NCBI RefSeq assembly: GCF_000195755.1
Contig: NC_002937.3
Location: forward strand, 2,370,001-2,402,000
Reading direction: 5' to 3'
Length of the DNA: 32,000 bases
From: Nitratidesulfovibrio vulgaris str. Hildenborough
GTDB lineage: Bacteria > Desulfobacterota > Desulfovibrionia > Desulfovibrionales > Desulfovibrionaceae
Below, piece after piece: positions 26,735 through 32,000 of this stretch. The position numbers and the translations under genes are program-made. The stretch's first letter is position 1. Every line of letters begins with the position of its first letter. The notes beneath the pieces are model-generated. The model saw only the letters and a program-made list of their open reading frames with translations. It did no database searches and was not told the DNA's origin.

Positions 26735-28162
26735 ATGTCCCGCACCATTGCCGAAACACCCCGTCCCGCCGTAGCGTCCATGTCCAGCGGCTGCATACCG
26801 CCCCACCATCGCCCTGACACGTTGAAGCAGCGATGGGGCACCCCGGCTGCGGTCTGCCTGCTGGTGACCTGTCTTTTCGCGATGACGCTGCTCACCACCG
26901 GCTGCAAGCCCCCCCGCAGGACCCCGCCCACGCTCCCCGACCGGCCCGACATGGCTACGGTGGAACAGCCCGTCGTCCCGCCCGCCACTGTGGACGGCAA
27001 GGACCTTGACGCCCCCCAGACACCGAAAGAACGCATCGCGCTCGCCTTGCGCCTTCTCGATGACGGCGGCGACGGGGCCGACCCGACGCAGGCTGTGCAA
27101 CTCATCGAACAGGATGCCACGACGGGATACGCCCCCGCGCAAGACCTGCTCGCCCGTCTTTCGCTGGAAGGGTACGGCACGGCCAAGGACCCGGCGCGCG
27201 CCTTCGCACTGGCCATCGAAGCCGCCCGACAGGGATTGCCCGATGCACAAAGGCTTGCCGGGACCATGTACACACTCGGACTGGGTACCGCCCGCGACCT
27301 TGAGCAGGGAATGCGCTGGCTGCGCGAAGCCGCCGACGCAGGCGACGGTGAAGCCGCAGCCATGGTAGCCGACTATTACCGGCAAGGCCTCGGGGTGGAA
27401 CGGAACGACACGGAAGCCTTCCTCTGGACCCACCGCGCAGCCGAACGCGGCGTGAAGCGTGCCGCGCTATGGCTTGGCCTGCACTACCACTACGGTGTAG
27501 GCACTCCTGCAGACCAGAAACAGGCCTTCGCCCTTCTCAGACCTTTCGCAGACGAAGGCGATGCAGAGGCGCTGACCATCATCGCCCTGCTACTGCACAA
27601 GGGGGAAGGCGTCGCACAGGACAGGAAGGCGGCCCTTCGCTATTTCGAGAAGGGAGCAGCAGCGGGGGACCCGGTGGCACAACTCGACCTCGGGGTGCTG
27701 TACCATCAGGGTGACGGCGTCACGCGTGACATGGACAAGGCGCGCGGCCTCTTCCGTCAATGCGCGGAAGGCGGCAACGCCCGGTGCATGACCCTGTACG
27801 CCAGCATGCTCGAAGAAGGGGAAGGCGGACCGTCAGACCCGGCTGAAGCCCTCGCATGGTACATGGTCGCGTCCATGGCCGGAGATGATGACGCAACGCC
27901 GTTCCTTGACGACCTGCGAAGCCGCATCACCGCGGAACAGGCAGCACAGGGCAAGGTCAGGGCCACCGCCATCATCAGGTCGTTGACCGCAAGCCCCGCC
28001 GCTGACGAAGCGTCACGGCAATCATCCGGGCAGACTGCGGGCCAAGCATCGGGCCACGCTTCGGGCCAGACGCCAGAGAGTACCTCGGCGCGGACATCGG
28101 CCCCGGTGCCATCTGCCCTTCCCCGCGAGGCGGCAGGCAAGCGTCCGACCGTACTGCCCTGA
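26735..28162 (+). CDS. Sel1-repeat (SLR/TPR-like) protein, probable lipoprotein
   Basis: GGAGG (26724-26728) lies 6 nt before ATG 26735. A lipobox-like LLTTGC follows a hydrophobic stretch. About 8 repeats follow the pattern A..L...Y..G.GV..D...A..W...AA..G. The C-terminus has a low-complexity SGQ/ASG tail. Confidence 0.85.
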   Translation: MSRTIAETPRPAVASMSSGCIPPHHRPDTLKQRWGTPAAVCLLVTCLFAMTLLTTGCKPPRRTPPTLPDRPDMATVEQPVVPPATVDGKDLDAPQTPKERIALALRLLDDGGDGADPTQAVQLIEQDATTGYAPAQDLLARLSLEGYGTAKDPARAFALAIEAARQGLPDAQRLAGTMYTLGLGTARDLEQGMRWLREAADAGDGEAAAMVADYYRQGLGVERNDTEAFLWTHRAAERGVKRAALWLGLHYHYGVGTPADQKQAFALLRPFADEGDAEALTIIALLLHKGEGVAQDRKAALRYFEKGAAAGDPVAQLDLGVLYHQGDGVTRDMDKARGLFRQCAEGGNARCMTLYASMLEEGEGGPSDPAEALAWYMVASMAGDDDATPFLDDLRSRITAEQAAQGKVRATAIIRSLTASPAADEASRQSSGQTAGQASGHASGQTPESTSARTSAPVPSALPREAAGKRPTVLP

Positions 28163-28175
28163 AGCCGCCCTCCAT

Positions 28176-28207
28176 GCATCCTGAACAGGATGCGGCGCTT
28201 CGCCGCA
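28176..28207 (+). terminator. Two adjacent, partly overlapping GC hairpins after the Sel1-repeat gene
   Basis: GCATCCTG-AA-CAGGATGC at 28176-28193 and TGCGGCG-CTT-CGCCGCA at 28191-28207, starting 14 nt after the stop. There is no U-tract. Confidence 0.4.
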
Positions 28208-28489
28208 GAATAGTCACAATCACGTTACGGAAAAGCATGTTCCTTGCCATGCCTTGCCCCCGTCATCGCATGGGGTCATGCCATCCTTCCGCTAAAAATC
28301 ATAGAATACAGCGCGTAATCATGTACAAACCGAATATGGGCGACAATCGTTCTCGTCACTGTTCTGTAACATTGAGCGTGCATAAGGCGACACAACAAAG
28401 GCAGCCATAGCCCGGCGCTTGTGGGGCACGGTTGCTGTTTATGTGCACAACCAATAACGCGGCTCGCCCCGCCACAGCAGGAGAGAGGC

Positions 28490-29119
28490 ATGGCATTCTG
28501 CCTGTTCCCCAAGAACATCAGATTCTTCGAACTGCTCACCCGCCAGAACGACATCCTTCAGGAGGCGGCCAACCTCCTCGACCAGATTCTCGACGACTTC
28601 GGCAATGTCACCGATGCGTGCAAACGCGTGAACCTCATCGAAGAGGAAGGCGACAAACTCTGCCGCGAGATAACCCATCAGCTTTCCCAGACGTTCATCA
28701 CGCCCATCGACCGCGAGGACATCCACCGCATCAACCTCGCGCAGGAAGATTCCATCAACTACATCAAGGGCATCTCCACCCGCGCACGCCTCTATGGTTT
28801 CGGCCAGATTCGCTTCCCGGCCCGGAAGATGGCGAAGAACCTCAAGGCCATGGCCGTCGAGACCGGCAAGATGCTGGCATGTCTGCGCGCCAAGGAAGGC
28901 GTCGAAGGGCACGTCAAGCAGATCAAATCGCTCAAGGGCGAATGCGAGATGCTGCTCGGCACCGGCCTTGCCGAGCTTCAGGACGCCGAAATCGTGGACT
29001 TCAAGGGCATAACCGACATCATCAAGTGGACGCAGGTGTACGACCGCGTTGAACTGGCCGTCGAGCGCGTCGAAGACCTCGCCGACGTGCTCGAAGAGGT
29101 GGTGCTCAAGAATGCTTGA
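28490..29119 (+). CDS. DUF47-family (PhoU-like) protein, usual partner of Pit phosphate transporters
   Basis: AGGAGAGAGG precedes ATG 28490; the track ORF starts at 28421. Family-like segments are NLIEEEGDKLCREI, ITPIDREDIHRI and YDRVELAVERVEDLADVLE. It overlaps the pit start by 8 nt. Confidence 0.85.
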   Translation: MAFCLFPKNIRFFELLTRQNDILQEAANLLDQILDDFGNVTDACKRVNLIEEEGDKLCREITHQLSQTFITPIDREDIHRINLAQEDSINYIKGISTRARLYGFGQIRFPARKMAKNLKAMAVETGKMLACLRAKEGVEGHVKQIKSLKGECEMLLGTGLAELQDAEIVDFKGITDIIKWTQVYDRVELAVERVEDLADVLEEVVLKNA

Positions 29120-30122
29120 GATACCCCTGCTGCTGGTCGTCATCATCGTCGTGGCGCTCATCTTCGACTTCACCAACGGCGCCCACGACTGTGCTAACGC
29201 CATTGCCACCGTGGTCTCCACCAAGGTCATCTCGCCCAAGGTCGCGGTCATCATGGCTGCGGGCCTGAACCTTTTCGGCGCGTTCCTCGGCGAGGAGGTG
29301 GCCCATACGCTCGGTTCGGGCATCGTCAACACCGACATGGTCATGGGCTGTCAGGCCCTTGTACTGGCGGCGCTCATCGGGGCCATCGCGTGGAACCTCA
29401 TCACGTGGTACTTCGGCATCCCCTCGTCGTCGTCACACGCGCTCATCGGCGGGCTCATGGGGGCTGCCGTGGCCTACTCCGGCTTCGGCACACTCAACGG
29501 TCCTTCCATCGCCAAGAAGATCCTTCTGCCCCTCGTGCTCTCGCCGCTGGCGGGCTTCGCCGTGGGTTTTCTCTTCATGTCACTGCTGGCGCTTGGCCTG
29601 TGGAAGGTCAGCAGGCAGCGTGTGAGCAGCACGTTCCACAGGTTGCAGATTCTTTCCGCCGCCTTCATGGCCACAAGCCACGGCCTCAACGACGCCCAGA
29701 AGACCATGGGGGTCATCACCCTCGCCCTGTTCATCTTCCATGAGATAGACACCATCCACGTCCCCTTCTGGGTCAAGTTCATCTGTGCTTCCGCCATGGC
29801 TGCCGGTACGGCCCTCGGGGGGTGGAAGATCGTCAAGACCATGGGGCACCGCATCTTCAAACTCGAACCGGTGCACGGCTTCGCAGCGGAGACCTCCGCC
29901 GCCCTCGTCATCACCGGTGCCTCGGCTTTCGGCGCGCCCATAAGCACCACCCATACCATCACCGCCTGCATCTTCGGTGTCGGTTCCACCAAGCGCCTTT
30001 CGGCAGTGCGCTGGGGTATCGCCGGCAACCTCGTGGTGGCATGGGTGCTCACCATCCCCGCATCCGCCCTCATCGCCGCACTCAGTTTCTGGCTGCTCGA
30101 CCTCATGGGATTCGTGCAATAG
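29112..30122 (+). CDS. pit: Inorganic phosphate transporter, PiT/PHO4 family
   Basis: Start at ATG 29112 (MLEIPLLLVVIIV...); the track ORF starts at 29049. The duplicated PiT signatures FDFTNGAHDCANAIATVVST and SHGLNDAQKTMGVI are present. Confidence 0.9.
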   Translation: MLEIPLLLVVIIVVALIFDFTNGAHDCANAIATVVSTKVISPKVAVIMAAGLNLFGAFLGEEVAHTLGSGIVNTDMVMGCQALVLAALIGAIAWNLITWYFGIPSSSSHALIGGLMGAAVAYSGFGTLNGPSIAKKILLPLVLSPLAGFAVGFLFMSLLALGLWKVSRQRVSSTFHRLQILSAAFMATSHGLNDAQKTMGVITLALFIFHEIDTIHVPFWVKFICASAMAAGTALGGWKIVKTMGHRIFKLEPVHGFAAETSAALVITGASAFGAPISTTHTITACIFGVGSTKRLSAVRWGIAGNLVVAWVLTIPASALIAALSFWLLDLMGFVQ

Positions 30123-30141
30123 AGGCAGCAGACACGACAAT

Positions 30142-30185
30142 ATCAGAAGGGCCGACAATGCTTGCGCATAGGCGGCCCTTCTGAT
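30142..30185. terminator. Bidirectional terminator hairpin between pit (+) and the TraR/DksA gene (-)
   Basis: ATCAGAAGGGCCG (30142-30154) pairs perfectly over 13 bp with CGGCCCTTCTGAT (30173-30185). The 18-nt loop contains a mini-stem ATGC/GCAT. Confidence 0.55.
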
Positions 30186-30219
30186 GTCACAAAAATCCGG
30201 CTTGAGACGAAAGAGGAAC

Positions 30220-30441
30220 CTACCTCGCCCCCTTCTCCCGCTCTTCCTGACAGGCACGGCACAACCCGGCGCCGGGCAATGCCTTGAGACGCGCCTCAGG
30301 TATGGCTTCTCCACACTCGCGGCAGCACGCCACACCATCAATCCACTCTGGGCCTTCACTGTCCGCCGTAGCGCGGGCCTTACGCAGGGCAGCCTCTCGG
30401 TCGAGGCGCTCCAGTTCCTGGGCCTGATCGAACATGTCCAT
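30220..30441 (-). CDS. TraR/DksA-family C4 zinc-finger protein (73 aa)
   Basis: AAGGAGG lies 7 nt upstream of ATG 30441. CRECGEAIPEARLKALPGAGLCRACQ matches the TraR-type C..CG..IPEAR.K..PG...C..CQ pattern. Confidence 0.85.
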   Translation of the reverse strand: MDMFDQAQELERLDREAALRKARATADSEGPEWIDGVACCRECGEAIPEARLKALPGAGLCRACQEEREKGAR

Positions 30442-30452
30442 GCGTGTCCTCC

Positions 30453-30944
30453 TTATGAGGATGAGTCCGCGTGACGGAAGGGCGGCAATGCCGCCATCCT
30501 GACCTTGACAACTATCTTGCGCACAGTTCCCTGATAAGGGCCTTGCAAGCCCGGCATATGGGCGTCTTCCGGATAAAGCACGGCGAAGGTACCGGGCAGC
30601 AGGGGAACACGGGCGTAGGCTTCATCGCCTTGCGCGTAGAACCGTACATCACCCGCGGCGTCATATGGACCGGCTGGAACGAGGGGGGCACGCGAAGCGA
30701 CATGCATCCACTCTCCCCCTGCGAGGACGTACTGGATATCGATGTAGCACTCGTGGGCTTCGTAGCGCGCACCGTCGAGGGCGCGAGGTTCGTAGGTGGC
30801 GACATTGGCGTAGAGGTCATCGCCGAGGATGACGTGCCGTCCGTCGGTGATGTCGGCAGCGGCATGGGCGAGAAAGCCGAAGGCCCTCTCCCAGAGAGGC
30901 CCGGCGCAATAGCGCCGCCAATGATCAAGCGAGGCAACGATCAT
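30453..30944 (-). CDS. YhcH/YjgK/YiaL (DUF386) family protein
   Basis: Family-like features are the N-terminus MIVASLDHW, YEAHECYIDIQYVLAGGEWM and FAVLYPEDAHMPG. Its stop lies 11 nt upstream of the TraR-like start, which indicates an operon. Confidence 0.78.
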   Translation of the reverse strand: MIVASLDHWRRYCAGPLWERAFGFLAHAAADITDGRHVILGDDLYANVATYEPRALDGARYEAHECYIDIQYVLAGGEWMHVASRAPLVPAGPYDAAGDVRFYAQGDEAYARVPLLPGTFAVLYPEDAHMPGLQGPYQGTVRKIVVKVRMAALPPFRHADSSS

Positions 30945-31205
30945 GCTGTCACACCCGAATGAGGACGGTAAAAGCGAATGCCGTGGGCGAGTCCTCCCGC
31001 CGACGGCAGACCAATATATTCACCCCCATAGCGCAACGGCACCCGATTGTAAACGAAAATACTCATTGCAATCTTCGAATGACGTACTACACTAGAATAA
31101 AAGATTACCATGCCCATCGGGGAGAGCCTTTCCTCACCCATACATATCTCGACAGTACGTGAAGTTGAACATCGTGTTTGCGAACGACAACACCGGGGGG
31201 GGAAT

Positions 31206-32000
31206 ATGACCATTCGTACAAAACTCGTGCTTGCGTTCCTCGCTTCCATCGTCGTCGCCATCGGCAGCATCACGACGGTGGTGTCGCTGCAGGTGAGCAA
31301 GAATTCCGTCGCCGCCTTCGAGGAATCGTCACTGGGTCAGCTTGACCGCACCAACGATTTCATCGCCGCCTTCCTCAACGAAGCCCGCTATAACGCCATG
31401 TTCCTCGCCAAACTCGACGAGGTCGTACAAGCCCCCGGCAAGATAACAAGCTATGTGAACACCACGTCAGCACCCAGCATCCGCCGTGCCGACATGCAGC
31501 CCAACGAACAGAAGCTGTTCGACATCTTCATGCACATGACCAAGGGCAACCCGGCCTATGACGGTGTGTTCCTCGGCACGGCGGAAGGCGGCTTCAACAT
31601 GTTCCCCGAGGACAGCCTGCCTGCGGGGTACGACCCCCGCAAGCGCCCGTGGTACAAGGAAGCACTAGGCAGCGGTGAAGACTCCATCATCAGCAAGGCC
31701 TACATGTCGACCACGCGCGTTCCCGTAAGTTCCGTCGTCGCCAAGGTCTTCGATGCGCAACGCCGGGTCGTGGGTGCCATCGGCATCGACATCAACCTCT
31801 CCACCCTCACTCGCGTGACAAGTGCCTTGCATATTGGGCAGACGGGCTATGTCATGCTTGTCGAGGACACCGGCATCATCATCTCCGATCCCAAGCACGA
31901 GCAGTTCGCCTTCAAGAACATCACCGAAACGGGAACCCCCGCGTTCACGCGCATCATGGGCATGAAGCGCGGCATGTTCGAGGACTCCCTCGACGGCAAG
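31206..32000 (+). CDS. dCache_1 sensor-domain membrane protein, most likely a second chemoreceptor. The 3' end runs off the right edge.
   Basis: Not in the track because there is no stop in the window. ATG 31206 follows a G-run. The product reads MTIRTKLVLAFLASIVVAIGS (TM helix), then Cache-type motifs YDPRKRPWYKEA and GAIGIDINL. I checked by hand that the frame is open for all 265 codons to the edge. Confidence 0.85.
   Translation, partial: MTIRTKLVLAFLASIVVAIGSITTVVSLQVSKNSVAAFEESSLGQLDRTNDFIAAFLNEARYNAMFLAKLDEVVQAPGKITSYVNTTSAPSIRRADMQPNEQKLFDIFMHMTKGNPAYDGVFLGTAEGGFNMFPEDSLPAGYDPRKRPWYKEALGSGEDSIISKAYMSTTRVPVSSVVAKVFDAQRRVVGAIGIDINLSTLTRVTSALHIGQTGYVMLVEDTGIIISDPKHEQFAFKNITETGTPAFTRIMGMKRGMFEDSLDGK

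Noticed and set aside
28353-28374. Pho-box-like direct repeat with 11-bp period (TCGTCAC-N4-CTGTAAC) upstream of DUF47-pit
   Set aside because: Only 4/7 and 5/7 matches to CTGTCAT as I recall it. That is too degenerate to call without a position weight matrix scan.

Overview
GC-rich, gene-dense window of about 30 CDS, with a gene cut at each edge. It reads like core chromosome of a Desulfovibrio-type sulfate reducer, not an accessory island; the organism call is inference from gene content and my recollection of the D. vulgaris coo locus. The centrepiece is a complete group-4 membrane-bound [NiFe] 'Coo' hydrogenase operon, cooM-K-L-X-U-H-hypA-cooF (7289-15631, +). It is divergently paired with an L-lactate permease (5226-6746, -). 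Flanking genes are: a hybrid sensor kinase (left edge), a DUF697-like membrane protein plus a small membrane protein, a FemAB-family transferase, a dCache/HAMP/PAS chemoreceptor, mtgA, a proVWX-type betaine ABC transporter, a CPA2/RCK cation antiporter, a Sel1-repeat lipoprotein, a DUF47-Pit phosphate transporter pair, a YhcH-like plus TraR/DksA zinc-finger pair, and a second dCache sensor (right edge). I recognised no rRNA, tRNA, CRISPR array, transposase, integrase or phage genes. Many long ORFs in the track are antisense or off-frame shadows typical of high-GC DNA. Several track ORFs carry spurious N-terminal extensions, and I re-set those starts using Shine-Dalgarno (SD) sites and homology-like N-termini. 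Three observations stand out. (1) An in-frame TGA at 11876-11878 splits an otherwise full-length cooK; selenocysteine recoding, a split gene and a pseudogene remain unresolved. (2) An exact 17-bp motif occurs once in front of lctP and once in front of cooM. (3) A 15-bp-periodic array of CGTTCGTCAT lies in the convergent spacer after cooF. I found no convincing evidence for a wholly new multi-gene system. The least-understood loci are flagged with modest interest scores.
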